This document shows, piece after piece, positions 1-11,731 of a stretch of DNA of 55,296 nucleotides (its first letter is position 1; every line of letters begins with the position of its first letter). A model generated the notes under the pieces. The model made no database searches. It was not told where the DNA came from and saw only the letters and a program-made list of their open reading frames with translations. Position numbers and translations under genes: made by a program. The DNA comes from Chiloscyllium plagiosum (Eukaryota): contig NC_057755.1 in the NCBI RefSeq assembly GCF_004010195.1, forward strand, positions 7,453,312 to 7,508,607, read 5' to 3'.

Positions 1-113
1 GTGCAGAGGAGATTTACCAGGATGTTGCCTGGTCTGGAGGGAAGGTCTTATGAGGAAAGGCTGAGGGACTTGAGGCTGTTTTCGTTGGAGAGAAGAAGGT
101 TGAGAGGTGACTT
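1..113 (+). mobile_element. CR1 LINE ORF2 3' fragment cut by the window edge
   Basis: Translates [37 protein letters not shown], typical of the CR1 ORF2 C-terminal region; abuts an oppositely oriented CR1 tail. Confidence 0.85.
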
Positions 114-3100
114 AGAACATAGAACATTACAGCACAGTACAGGCCCTTCGGCCCTCGATGTTGTGCTGCCTGTCATACTAATCTGAAGCCCAACCCACCT
201 ACACTATTCCATGTACATCCATATGCTTGTCCAATGATAACTTAAATGCACTTAAAGTTGGCGAATCTACTACCGTTGTGGTGACCAGAACTGTACACAA
301 TACTCCAGGTGCGGCCGCACCAGTGTCTTGTACAGCTGAAGCATGACCTCATGGCTCCGAAACTCAATCCCTGTACCAATAAACACCAACACATCATATG
401 CCTTCTTAACAATCCTATCAACCTGGGTGGCAACTTTCAGGGAATTATGCACCTGGACACCGAGATCTCTCTGTTCATCTACACTGCCAAGAATTTTACC
501 ATTAGCCCAGTACTCTGCATTCCTGTTACTTCTTCTGAAGTTAACTACCTCACACTTTTCCGCATTAAACTCCGTTTGCTACTTCACAGCCCAGCTCTGC
601 AGCTTATCTATGTCTCTCTGTAACCCACAACATCCTTCGGCACTGTCCAGAACTCTGCCTACCTTAGTGTCATCTGCAAATGTACTAACCCATCCTTCTA
701 CCCCCACATCCAGGTCATTTATAAAAATGGCAAACAGCAGTGGCCCCAAAACAGATCCTTGTGGCACACCACTGGTAACTGAGCTCCAGGATGGACATTT
801 CTCATCAGCCACCATCCTCTGTCTTCTTTCAGCTAGCCAATTTCAGATCAAATAGCCTACCATGTGGAACCTTATCGAACACTTTACTGAAATCCATACA
901 CACCACATCAACCACTTTACCCTCATCCACCTGTTTGGTCACCTTCTCAAAGAACTCAATAAGTTCAGTGAGGCACGACCTACCCTTCACAAAACCGTGT
1001 TGACTATCCCTAATCAACTTATTCCTTTCCAGATGATTATAAATCCTAGCTCTTATAACCTTTTCCAATACCTTACCCATATCCGAAGTAAGGCTCTCTG
1101 GTCTATAATTGCCAGGGTTGGCTCTACTCTCCTTCTTGAACAAGGGGACAACATTTGCTATCCTCCAGTCTTCTGGCACTATTCCTGTAGACAATGATGA
1201 CATAAACATCAAAGCCAAAGGCTCTGCAATCTTCTCCCTGGCTTCCCAGAGAATCCCAGGATAAATCCCATCTGGCCCAGGGGACTTATCTATTTTCAGA
1301 TCTTCCAAAATTGCTAAAACCTCCTCTTTGTCAACCTCAATCCCATCTAATCTAATGGCCTGTATCTCTGTATTCTCACTAACATTGCCCTTTTCCAATG
1401 TGAATACTAACAAAAAGTATTCATTAAGTGCTTCCCCATGTCCTCAGATTCCACACACAACTTTCCACTACTATCTTTGATATGTCCTAATCTTACTGTA
1501 GTCATTCTTCTATTCCTGATATAGCTATAGAAGGCCTTCTGGTTTTCCTTGATCCTATCCACCAACAGCTTCTCATGTCCCCTCCTGGCTCTTCTTAGCC
1601 CTCTCTTTAGATCTTTTCTGGCTAACTTATGTCACTCAAGCCTCCTAACTGAGCTTTCACACCTCATCCTCACATAAGCCTTATTCTTCCTCTTGACAAG
1701 AGCTTCAACTTCTTTAGTAAACCATGGCTCTCTCTCTCTCTCGACAACTTCCTCCCTGCCTGATAGGTATATACTTATCAAGGACCACAGTAGCTGTTCC
1801 TTGAATAAGCACCACATTTCAACTGTGTCCATCCCCTGCAGTTTCCTACCCCATCCTATGCATCCTACATCTTGCCATCATAATTGCTTTTGCCCCAGTT
1901 ATACCTCTTTCCCTGCGGTATATACTATTCCTGCCCATTGCTATTGTAAACATAACCGAATTATGGTCACTGTCACCAAAGTGCTCACCATCTCCAAGTC
2001 TAACACCTAGCCCGGGTTCATTCCCCAGTACCAAATGCAATGTGGCCCCTTGTTGGCCTGTCGACAGACTGTGTCAGGAAAACCTCCTGCACACATTGGA
2101 CAAAATCTGACCCGTGGGCAGCATGGTGGCACAGTGGTTAGCACTGCTGCCTCACAGCACCAGAGACCCGGGTTCAATTCCCGCCTCAGGCGACTGTCTG
2201 TGTGGAGTTTGCACATTCTCCCCGTGTCTGCGTGGGTTTCCTCCGGGTGCTCCGGTTTCTCCCACAGTCCAAAGATGTGCAGGTTATGTGAATTGGCCAT
2301 GCTAAATTGCCCGTAGTGTTAGGTGCAGGGGTAAGTGTAGGGGAATGGGTCTGGGTGGTGCGCTTCGGCGGGTCGGTGTGGGTTTGTTGGGCTGAAGGGC
2401 CTGTTTCCACACTGTAAGTAATCTACTTCAACTATAGAAATCCCAGTCAATATTGGGGCGGTTAAAGTCCCCCACAACAACTACCCTGTTACTCTCGCTC
2501 CTATCGAGAATCATCTTTGCTATCCTTTCCTCTACGTCTCTGGAACCATTCAGAGGCCTATAGAAACGTCCCAGGAGGGTGACCTCTCCTTTCCTGTTTC
2601 TAACTGTCAGTCCTCAGATGTTATCTCAGCTGCTGTATTACTACCCTTGATTAACAATGCCACACTCTCGCCTCTTTTACCAACTTCCCTGTGCTTGTTA
2701 AAACATCTAAATCCAGGAATCTGCAACAACCATTCCTGTCCCTCCTCTAGCCATGTCTCTGAAATGGCCACAACATCGAACTCCCTGGTACCAGCCATGC
2801 TGCAGGTTCACACACCTTATTCCAGATGTTCCTGGCATTGAACTACACATATTTCAAACCAATATCCTGATTGTCGGTGTCCTCTCACGACCTTGTAAAC
2901 CTATCGCTGACCTCACTACCCTCAACCTCATGTACACTGGAAGAACAATTCAGGTTGCTATTCCCCTTGCTGCATTAGTTTAAACCCTCCTGAAAAGCAT
3001 GAACCAGTAACCCCCCCCCCCCACCCCCGGATATTGGTACCTTCTGGTTCAGGTGAAGACCATTCTGTTTGTAGAGGTCCCACCTACCCCAGAAAGAGCT

Positions 3101-4160
3101 CCAATTATCCAAGAATCCAAAACCCTCCATCCTGCCCCATCCCTGTAGCCATGTGTTCAACTCTGCTCTCTCCCTATTCCTTGCCTCACTAGCATGTGAC
3201 ATGGGCAACAAACCAGAGATAACAACTCTGTCTGTTCCAACTCTAAGCTTAAACCCCACCTCCCTGAATGTCTGCTTTAGTTCCCCATCTCTCTTCCTTC
3301 CTATGTCATTGGTGCCTATGTGGACCACGACTTGAGGCTGCTCCCCGTTCCCCCTCAAGGATCCCAAAAATGCAGAGACATCATGAACCCTGGCACCTGG
3401 GAGGCAACAAGTCGATCATGAGTCTCCCTCATTCCCTCAAAACCTCCTATCTGTCCCCATAGCTATGGAGTCCCAAATGACTAAAGCTCTGCTCCTCTTA
3501 CCCTTTCCCTTCTGAGCAGCAGGTCCAGACTCTGCCTCAGAGACCTGTGCCACATTGCTTACCCCTGGTGTGTCTTCCCCAACAGTATCCAAAATGCTAC
3601 ACTTGTTGTTGAAGGGAACCACCACAGGAGATCCCTGCACTGCCTGCCGGTTCCATTTCCTACTCCTGACGGTAACACATCTGCCTTTGTCATGTGGCTG
3701 TGGAGTAACTACCTGCTCGTAACTCCTCTCAATAACCCCCTCCACCTTCTGAATAATCCGTAGATCATCCAACTCCAGTTCCAGTTCCATAATGTAGTTG
3801 TTGTGGAGCTTAAGTTGGGAGAACTTCCCACAAATGAAATCAGCAGGGACACTATAGGTGACCCTTACCTCCCACATACTGCAGGAGAAACATTCAACTC
3901 TCCTAAACTCCATTCCCACTATTTTAAATTCCCAAACAATCCGCTGAAAAAATGAAACACAAAAGAAAACACTTACCACCTTACTAACTGACGCACAGAA
4001 CTTTTATTTTGGTTAAAGGAGGAGGATGGGTGAGGGACACTACCCGAGTAGTGTTTCAGGTAAAGCAACTGCCACATATGTAATCTTGTGATCAACCTCC
4101 TGCTCAACGCTATCACACTTCCTGCTGCTGGAACAACATTGGCCTTCCTGACTCAGTGCT
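114..4160 (-). mobile_element. Near full-length but internally deleted CR1 (HER1-like) LINE: ORF1 with zinc finger, leucine zipper and SGNH esterase; ORF2 with APE endonuclease and RT
   Basis: 3' tail agaacatagaacat at 114. RT motifs [13 protein letters not shown] and FADDTK (579-815), SPGPDGI and DFSKVFDKVPH (829-1413). Endonuclease VVAISETWL (2607-2798). Esterase VVHIGTND and GLHLN (2975-3367). CFSC-MWEV plus ELELELDDL (3437-3979). Many stops and frameshifts; interrupted by a SINE. Confidence 0.9.
2114..2425 (+). mobile_element. HE1-type tRNA-derived SINE (V-SINE group)
   Basis: A-box tggcacagtgg, B-box ggttcaattcc, central ctgtgtggagtttgcacattctccccgtgtctgcgtggg domain, CR1-like 3' tail; four more copies in the window. 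Confidence 0.9.
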
Positions 4161-4162
4161 AG

Positions 4163-5606
4163 TCATTGACGAACTACTTGGAGAATTAGAGTAACCGGAT
4201 AATCTACAGCTGCTCTCTGAACTTTGTTTGGGTCATGGTATAAATCCCAGTGCTCATATAGCAACTGAGGAGCTGCAGCATGAAACTTAGTTCCAACCCA
4301 AACCAAAAAACCCATAATGACATCCCAATAAACCACATCTGGTTCCATATGCAATAAAACATTAACATTGCACATGATATAAGGAGATTTACTGAAATAA
4401 GCAACAGTAAAATAACATCTTCGTTGGTTCTCCATTTCTGCAGCACTGGGGCTCTCCCCTTTGCTGTGAGCCTGGAGTCTCTTGCGGGCTCTTCTGGTCA
4501 CTAAAATATGTTTGACAGTGAAAATATTGAGAAGCAGAATCAGGGCAAATCGAAGACATGGTGTTATAAAATGGCAGACAAATTAAATTTCTCTCCAAAA
4601 TTCATTGATTGAATATGGATTGTACATCACAAAAACAAAGAAAATTCTTCAGCCAACTTGTTAGCATAAAATACTGAAACATGTTCTTTAAACAACTCAG
4701 CACAGTTACCATTCCTAGAACCAGAGCTGCCACATGCTTGGTACAATATTTAATATTAAATATCTGCCAACAAATGGTTACAAAGTGATCAAAAGTGAAA
4801 GTGACTGTGAATCAGTCAGTAGCTGTAAAGAGGAGGGTAACACATTTTTTGGCTTTCATTAACAGGAGGGTTTAGTTTAAGAGCCATGAAACCTTGTTGC
4901 AGCTCTATAAAACTTTGGTTAGACCGCACTTGGAATACTGCGTCCAGTTCTGGTCACCCTATTATAAGAAAGATGTGGATGCTTTGGAGAGGGTTCAGAG
5001 GAGGTTTACCAGGATGCTGCCTGGACTGGAGGGTTTATGTTATGAAGAGAGGTTGACTGAGCTCGGACTTTTTTCATTCGAGAAAAGGAGAAGAGGGGAC
5101 CTAATTGAGGTATACAAGATAATGAGAGGCATAGATAGAGTCGATAGCCAGAGACTATTTCCCAGGGCAGAAATGACTAACTCGAGGGGTCATAGTTTTA
5201 AGCTGGTTGGAGGAAAGTATAGAGGGGATGTCAGAGGCGGGTTCTTTACACAGAGAGTTGTGAGAGCATGGAATGCGTTGCCAGCAGCAGTTGTGGAGGT
5301 AGGGTCATTGGAGACTTTTAAGAGACTGCTGGGCATGCATATGGTCATAGAAATTTGAGGGTGCATACATGAGGATCAATGGTCGGCACAACATCGTGGG
5401 CTGAAGGGCCGGTTCTGTGCTGTACTGTTCTATGTTCTAACATCAGGAAAATAAACTGTTCCTTATAAACAATTGGGATTTGTCTCAATATCAGGTCAAA
5501 GATAACAACCATTAGATCCACCTCTGCCATGACCAAGAGGTAAAGACTGGCACTTTAGAGATGCTACACTTTCCACAAGACAGGACCACAATTGCCAATA
5601 TGTTAG
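4163..5606 (-). pseudogene. GPR139-like class A GPCR pseudogene (exon 2), split by a CR1 insertion
   Basis: Across frameshifts the minus strand reads NILAIVVLSCGKCSISK..YLLVMAEVDLMVVIFDLILRQIPIVYKEQFIFL, [CR1], ATD*FTVTFTFDHFVTICWQIFNIKYCTKHVAALVLGMVTVLSCLKNMF, LLNIFTVKHILVTRRARKRLQAHSKGESPSAAEMENQRR, LQLLSCYMSTGIYTMTQTKFREQL, YPVTLILQVVRQ*. This is collinear with the intact gene at 43161-44077. The splice acceptor reads cac instead of cag. Confidence 0.88.
4845..5437 (+). mobile_element. 5'-truncated CR1 LINE inserted in the GPCR pseudogene
   Basis: ORF 4894-5358 LYKTLVRPHLEYCVQFWSP...FFTQRVVRAWNALP; ends in ctgtactgttctatgttct tail. Confidence 0.9.
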
Positions 5607-6429
5607 GTGAGAGGAAAGGAAGCAATCAATGACATTAAACATCAAGCTGAGAGCAAAGTTTTCAATTTGCCTGAAGATTTGGTGGGATTTTCAAAATTCT
5701 CAAACCATCTTCTATGCAGAACTTGAGGTGAGGAACATACTCTTGAGTTATCTGCTTCTCTCCCTTGGACTGCCTAGTAGTCATCCATTTCTTATCTGCC
5801 TCCATATTCTTTGCCTGTCGTGTGACCATCCCTTGAAGTGTGCTATCCATGTAACTCTCAGCCTGACAGATATACCAGTGTCTCCAGCCTCCACTCTGAA
5901 ACCCAGAGTGCAAGTTTCTACAGTTTCTTTCTGGATGCAATTGCTTCAAAAGTGATCAGCTCGACACCAGTGGTGCCCTTGGTCTCCTACATATGTCAGG
6001 TCACACATTCCACTCGATCCAACTGAGCTGCCAATTCTTAACTTTTATTTCCTTTCATTAATTTTATTTTGTTTTGGGCTTCTTATCTAACTTTTGTCAT
6101 GTTTTTCTAATAAATCCAATGATATGCTTCTTTTAAATTAATACTTTTTAAAAATTTACAACAATTTCAAAACAGTTATCTAGTAATAGAACTGCACCAA
6201 TCAATGAGCTTACTACAAAAGAATAGAAGAAATATAGAACATCTCTTCCTCATCTTACCCCAAACTCCCTACCCAGCAAACGTCACTTGTTGCGAAGATT
6301 TAACTGAAACACCTCTTTCCACCTTTTCACTGAGTTCTCACTTGAACCACATTCCCAATATACTCTCTCAGGCACCGTAAATTTGGGGCTGTCCCTCCTC
6401 ACTGCTGATTATCTTTCAAACTATTCTGT

Positions 6430-7615
6430 TCCATGTTGTTCCAGATGACTCAATTGCTCTTGGTAGACACGGGTTATTTTTGGCTGTTTGGTAGTGGGGA
6501 GTAGGAAGGGCTGGATGTTGTCAAGGGAGACTGTACACCTCAGCGAAGCCTCATCTTGGCTCTTTGAGGAGGTCTGAAGGTGGTTTTAGCTAATACTGCA
6601 GGGGGAGGGAAACCAGCTCAGGAAGTCGGAGGGAAGGAACACGGTAACATAAACCAAAGGCAGTAGGGGAACGGTAAAAATGGAAGGCAGAGCGATAAAA
6701 GATAAAATCCAAAAAGGGTCACATTACAACATTACTCTAAAAGGGCAATAGAAGTCAAAAAGAAAATGAACCTGAAGGTGCTGCATCTCAATGATAGGAG
6801 CATTTCTAATAACGTGGATGATTTAACGGCACAGAGAGTTATTAATGACATAGAGCAATTGGGATCACAGAGACCAGGCTCCAGCCTGACAAAGGATAGA
6901 ACTCAACATTCACAAACATTCAATCTTCAGGATAGATAGATGGAAAGGAAAGGGGCTCAGTGGAATTTGTTGGTTAAGGAAGAGGTTAACACAACGCTAT
7001 GGAAGGACTTTGGCCTAGACGATGTAGAATCAGTCAGAGTAGAGCTGTGGAAAATTAAACGGAAAAGGAAAGACATTCGTGGGAATTGTGTACAAACCAT
7101 CAAAACAATAGTTGTGCATTTGGGGATTGCATCAAACAGGATATTACAGGTATTGAAGTAAGGGTGTGGCAGTTATGGGGAATTTACTAGGGGTGTGCCA
7201 CAAGGATCTGTTTTGGGACCACTGCTGATTGTCATTTTTATCAGACACAGACATAGGTGGATGGATTAGTAAATTTGCAGATGACACTAAAGTCGGTGGA
7301 GTAGTAGACAGTGTGGAAGAATGTTGCAGGTTGCAGGGGGATTTGGATAAACTGCAGAATTGGGCTGAGAGGTGGCAAATGGAGTTCAATGCAGCTAAAT
7401 GTGAGGTGATGCACTTTGGGAAGAATAACAGGAAGGAAGATTACTGGGTCAGTGGAAAGATTCTTGGTAGTGTGGATGTGCAGAGGGATCTTGGAATCCA
7501 TGTACATAGATCCCTGAAAGTTGCCACCCAGGTGGATAGTGCTGTTAAGAAGGCATACGGTGTGTTAGGTTTCATTGGGGGAGGGATTGAGTTCCGGAGC
7601 CGCAATATCATGCTG
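6430..7615 (+). mobile_element. Decayed CR1 LINE with a large internal deletion
   Basis: Endonuclease remnants (VESVRVEL), then a jump at ~7186 to [10 protein letters not shown] and ISKFADDTKVGG (7229-7687). Confidence 0.8.
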
Positions 7616-7729
7616 CAACAGTTCACCTGCTGGTGTGTGCTAGGCGGTTTCCTTTCCCTTTGCTCAACGACCTATTTGCTGAACTAGCCGGAGGTCAGCT
7701 TTTCAGTAAAACTGAGCCCGGTAAACCCT

Positions 7730-7955
7730 ACCTCCAGATGAGTGTAGATCCTGAGTTTAAATGAATGAGACACAATCTTATTGAAACATATTGGATTCTT
7801 ACGTGGCTCGACAGGGTAAATGCTGAGAGGACATTTTCCCTCATGGGAGTGTCTAGAACTGAACAGAATAAAGAGGCACCAATTTAAGAGTGAGATCAGG
7901 AGAAACGTCTTCTCTCAGAGGGTTGTGAGTCTTTGGAATTTGTTGTCACAGACAG
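7730..7955 (+). mobile_element. CR1 ORF2 3' remnant
   Basis: IKRHQFKSEIRRNVFSQRVVSLWNLL motif. Confidence 0.65.
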
Positions 7956-7959
7956 CTGG

Positions 7960-8712
7960 CACACGCTGCTTGTGTGAGACTGACTTTGCTGCCTCAGCCA
8001 GAACTGGCAGCATTCTAAGTGCAAAAGAAGGCAAGGGGGTGTTGTGCCAGTCCCTGCGTACACAGCCCAGGTGCCGGATAATCTGCAGTGCTCCTACCTG
8101 CCTTACTATCTTTCCAGGCCAGTTCCGGTCAGCAAACATTGGTTTGTTTGTTCTACGTTTTCTCACGTGCTGTTGTCGAGTTAGTGCTGTCTCTTTGCTT
8201 TTCCCAGTGAGAATTGACTCTCTGAGTAACCTGCCTCTGACTCAGTCATTCGTGATAGCACACACGATTCTGTCGCGGCTCCGTGAATCGGAAAATGGCT
8301 GAAACTCACAGTCCTTTGCCTCGTTTTTCCGGTCAGTCACATACGTACCTATCGATTCCGCCTGCCCTTGCAGTCTGATGAAAAGCATGTGCCTTAAATA
8401 CGTCCCGATGATTTTTGTCCTAGCTCACAGTGTTCTCGAAATCTCTCTTTCAAGTCATCAAAATCAAAACGACTGAACCCCGAGATAGCTTCATCCCCAG
8501 CAGCATGCAGCAACGTAGCACAGTTGACCTTCTCTTGTTTTTCTGAAATGTCGCTCGCGAGTAAGAAAAGCTGGTGGGCAGCTACGGTTGCTGCGACTCC
8601 CAAATTCTGACACCATGTGGTGTGATCGGGGCCCGGCGTTGGCGGGAAGGTGCAGCACGCAGCAGGGGTCCGAGGGGATGACATTGAGAGCAAGTGTCAA
8701 GGTGCGCAAGAG
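7960..8712 (-). mobile_element. Ty3/Gypsy LTR retrotransposon 5' remnant (LTR end, PBS, degenerate gag)
   Basis: Minus strand ca-TGGTGTCAGAA (PBS), then LFLLASDISEKQEKVNCATLLHAAGDEA..FREHC and LFIRLQGQAESIGTYVTD..AKDCEF..RDRIVCAI..RGRLLRE, resembling Gypsy gag; runs into a gap. Confidence 0.7.
8605..8615 (-). promoter_or_regulatory. Primer-binding site complementary to a tRNA-Leu 3' end
   Basis: TGGTGTCAGAA directly after a CA dinucleotide and upstream of gag-like sequence. Confidence 0.6.
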
Positions 8713-9212
8713 NNNNNNNNNNNNNNNNNNNNNNNNNNNNNNNNNNNNNNNNNNNNNNNNNNNNNNNNNNNNNNNNNNNNNNNNNNNNNNNNNNNNNNNN
8801 NNNNNNNNNNNNNNNNNNNNNNNNNNNNNNNNNNNNNNNNNNNNNNNNNNNNNNNNNNNNNNNNNNNNNNNNNNNNNNNNNNNNNNNNNNNNNNNNNNNN
8901 NNNNNNNNNNNNNNNNNNNNNNNNNNNNNNNNNNNNNNNNNNNNNNNNNNNNNNNNNNNNNNNNNNNNNNNNNNNNNNNNNNNNNNNNNNNNNNNNNNNN
9001 NNNNNNNNNNNNNNNNNNNNNNNNNNNNNNNNNNNNNNNNNNNNNNNNNNNNNNNNNNNNNNNNNNNNNNNNNNNNNNNNNNNNNNNNNNNNNNNNNNNN
9101 NNNNNNNNNNNNNNNNNNNNNNNNNNNNNNNNNNNNNNNNNNNNNNNNNNNNNNNNNNNNNNNNNNNNNNNNNNNNNNNNNNNNNNNNNNNNNNNNNNNN
9201 NNNNNNNNNNNN
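8713..9212. other. Assembly gap (500 N)
   Basis: Run of n. Confidence 1.
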
Positions 9213-10164
9213 CGCTGCTTGGCTGATTTAGCTGAAATAGATGACTAGGCAAACAACAGAGTTTTCATAAAATGAATGCTGACACATTAATTGACAATTC
9301 GAACAACCATGAACTGCTCACATAAGATGGTAATTTAAGTGAAACAAGAAATCTTTCCCAGGAAATATCGTTGAATTAGCCTCCAGTCAGTCATGTCACT
9401 GTGTTAAGATCTCTTTCCCAAGGAATATCATTGAATTAGCCTGTTGTCAATCATCACACCACGTTGCAAATGTTTGCTCTTTTGTGGTAATTAAGGCTGG
9501 ACTGCCCCTCAAAAACATATAAAATCCTTATGTTTGATTTGTAATTGCACAATTTCGCCACGGTGCAGTTCACCATCTCTGCGTTGCTGGGCAGAATTGC
9601 ATCAGACTGCCTTATCTTATTAAACTGATAACCTTGCTCTTTACAGACCACATTGCGTTGATTCTTTGGCCGACCTCGAGACCTAAAGGTCTTGAATGGG
9701 ATCCAGATCTTCAGATTCACAGTCTATCAATAACACCACTGGGCCTTCGCCTCTCCTATTTTCCTAAAGGTTTCTTTAAAAGGCCCTCAACACTTCCCTG
9801 ATCTTAGCATCATTCACATCCTTCTCCTTGTTGAATACATATAAGAAGTAGTCAATTAAGAATCTTACCAATTTACTCTGGCTCCACTCATGCAATCGGC
9901 CCTTTGCCCTAGAATGGAAAAGTCTGTTCTCTACTTACTTTCTGTCTCCTAACATACAAATAAAATATTTTGAGATTCTCTACAATCCGACTTGTCAAGG
10001 ACAGAGCTTTGTGCTTCCTGTATATCCCACAACAGCTTTGTCTGAATTCACATTCCTAAATATTACATATGTTTCGTTTATCTTTCTGAAATAACATTCA
10101 ATATCATTTATCTACCAGGGTTCCCAAATTTAGTTATCCGCTTCTTTCATCATCACAGGAGAAT

Positions 10165-10860
10165 AAGAACATGGGAACATAAGTAATAGGAGCAGGAGTA
10201 GGCCATCTGACCGGACAAGTCTACTCTTTCAATAAGGTCATGACGTATCTTATCGTGAGCTCAGCTCCATTTACACATCGGTTCACCAGAATCCTTAATT
10301 CCTTTATTGTTGAAAAATCTATATTTATAAAGACAAGCATTCAATGCGGCAGTCTCGACTGCCTCGTTACACCGGGAACTCGAAAGAATCACAATTCTTT
10401 AGGTGTAGAAGTTCTTCCTCAATTCAGGCCTAAATATGCTTCCCTTTATTTTGAGGCTATGCCACCCATTCTGTACTTTCACCCACCCTCAAATGCAACA
10501 TTCCTGCTTCGACCTTATCTATTCCCTTCATAGTCGAATATGTTTCAAGAAGATTCCCCTTCATTGTTCTCAATTCCAATGAGTGCAGTCCCAGTCTACT
10601 TAATCTCTTTTTGTAAGCCAACCCTCCCAAATCAGGAATCAACCAAGTGGACTTCCTCTGCATCCCTTTCAGTGCGGGTACATACCAGTCAAGTTCTCCA
10701 AGTGTGGTCTCAATAGCACCCCACTCAATAAGCATAACCTTCTTATTATAATCTTCATCCTTCTAGCAATGAAGGACAATATTCCATTTGCTTTCTTAAC
10801 TACCTGATGCACCTGCAAACCAATATTTTATGATTCGTATACAAGGATTCCCTGGTCCCT
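10165..10860 (-). mobile_element. CR1 3' fragment (older subfamily)
   Basis: Tail aagaacatgggaacataag; ALKGMQRKSTWLIPDLGGLAYKKRLSRLGLHSLE. Confidence 0.75.
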
Positions 10861-11047
10861 GTTTATGTTTCTTTGCAAAAGGCACCGCAGACTGCCAGAC
10901 CTGCGCTGTGATCAACTGACCTTTTAAAGACTCCCACATGTTAGATGTGAACTTATCCTCAAATACGTTCCTCCAATCTAGTTTTTTTTTAATGGAGCCT
11001 CCATGCAATCTAACATTTTCAATCAAGGACTAGTCTTATCCACATTA

Positions 11048-11134
11048 TCCTGATGAATGGCTCTTGCCTGAAATGACGATTTTCCTGTTCCACGGATTTT
11101 GCCTGACCTTTGTGCATTTCCAGCACCACTCTAA
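11048..11134 (+). mobile_element. Short PLE-terminus insert with a degenerate hammerhead (duplicated at ~12651-12738)
   Basis: ctgatgaatggctcttgcctgaaatgac core; 14-bp TSD tcttatccacatta at 11034-11047 and 11135-11148. Confidence 0.75.
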
Positions 11135-11691
11135 TCTTATCCACATTAATAACAATCTGAATATTTGTGTTTAATTGACCACAGTATCGAAAATGACACC
11201 CCTCCCTATGCCTCCTCCAGTAAAAGGTCGACCTTTTGTGCAGGCGCAGTCGACAATGTCTAGAGCGGCCCAATTACAAAAGGGCCTCCATCTTACCGGA
11301 GCACATCAGACACGTATTCAGCCAACACCAGCTCATTAGTAACTTATGTGATGCACTTGCTTTGATCAGTCTGGGCATTGAGATGAAAAGCAGGATGTTT
11401 ATGATGGAATTGTTGTAAACCATTGCTTCGGGCTCACCCAAGATATTCTGTGCAGGTCTCAATCCACATGATAGGCAGAATGTGATCAATCTGGGGAGGG
11501 TGCAATGGACATTCACCAGTACGGTGTTCTTGCTGGAGATGGCTTGCTTTGGTATAAAGTGGACAGACCTGGATTGTTTTCTGGAGAACAAAGGAATTGA
11601 GAACATAGAACATAGAAAGTTTGTGAGAAGATTTGTCGCTCGGGTGCTGCTCATTGTTGTGGTTCCATTCACTGAGCTGGGAATTTGTGTT

Positions 11692-11731
11692 GCAGACGTT
11701 TCGTCCCCTGTAAAGGTGACATCCTCAGTGC
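11692..11731 (-). ncRNA. Minimal type I hammerhead ribozyme motif (PLE family B, duplicated copy)
   Basis: Minus strand gca CTGAGGA tgtcacct ttac aggggac GAAA cg TC tgc. Confidence 0.7.

Noticed and set aside
2114..2185. tRNA gene (A and B boxes)
   Set aside because: It is the head of a SINE repeated five times in the window and continues into the SINE body and tail.
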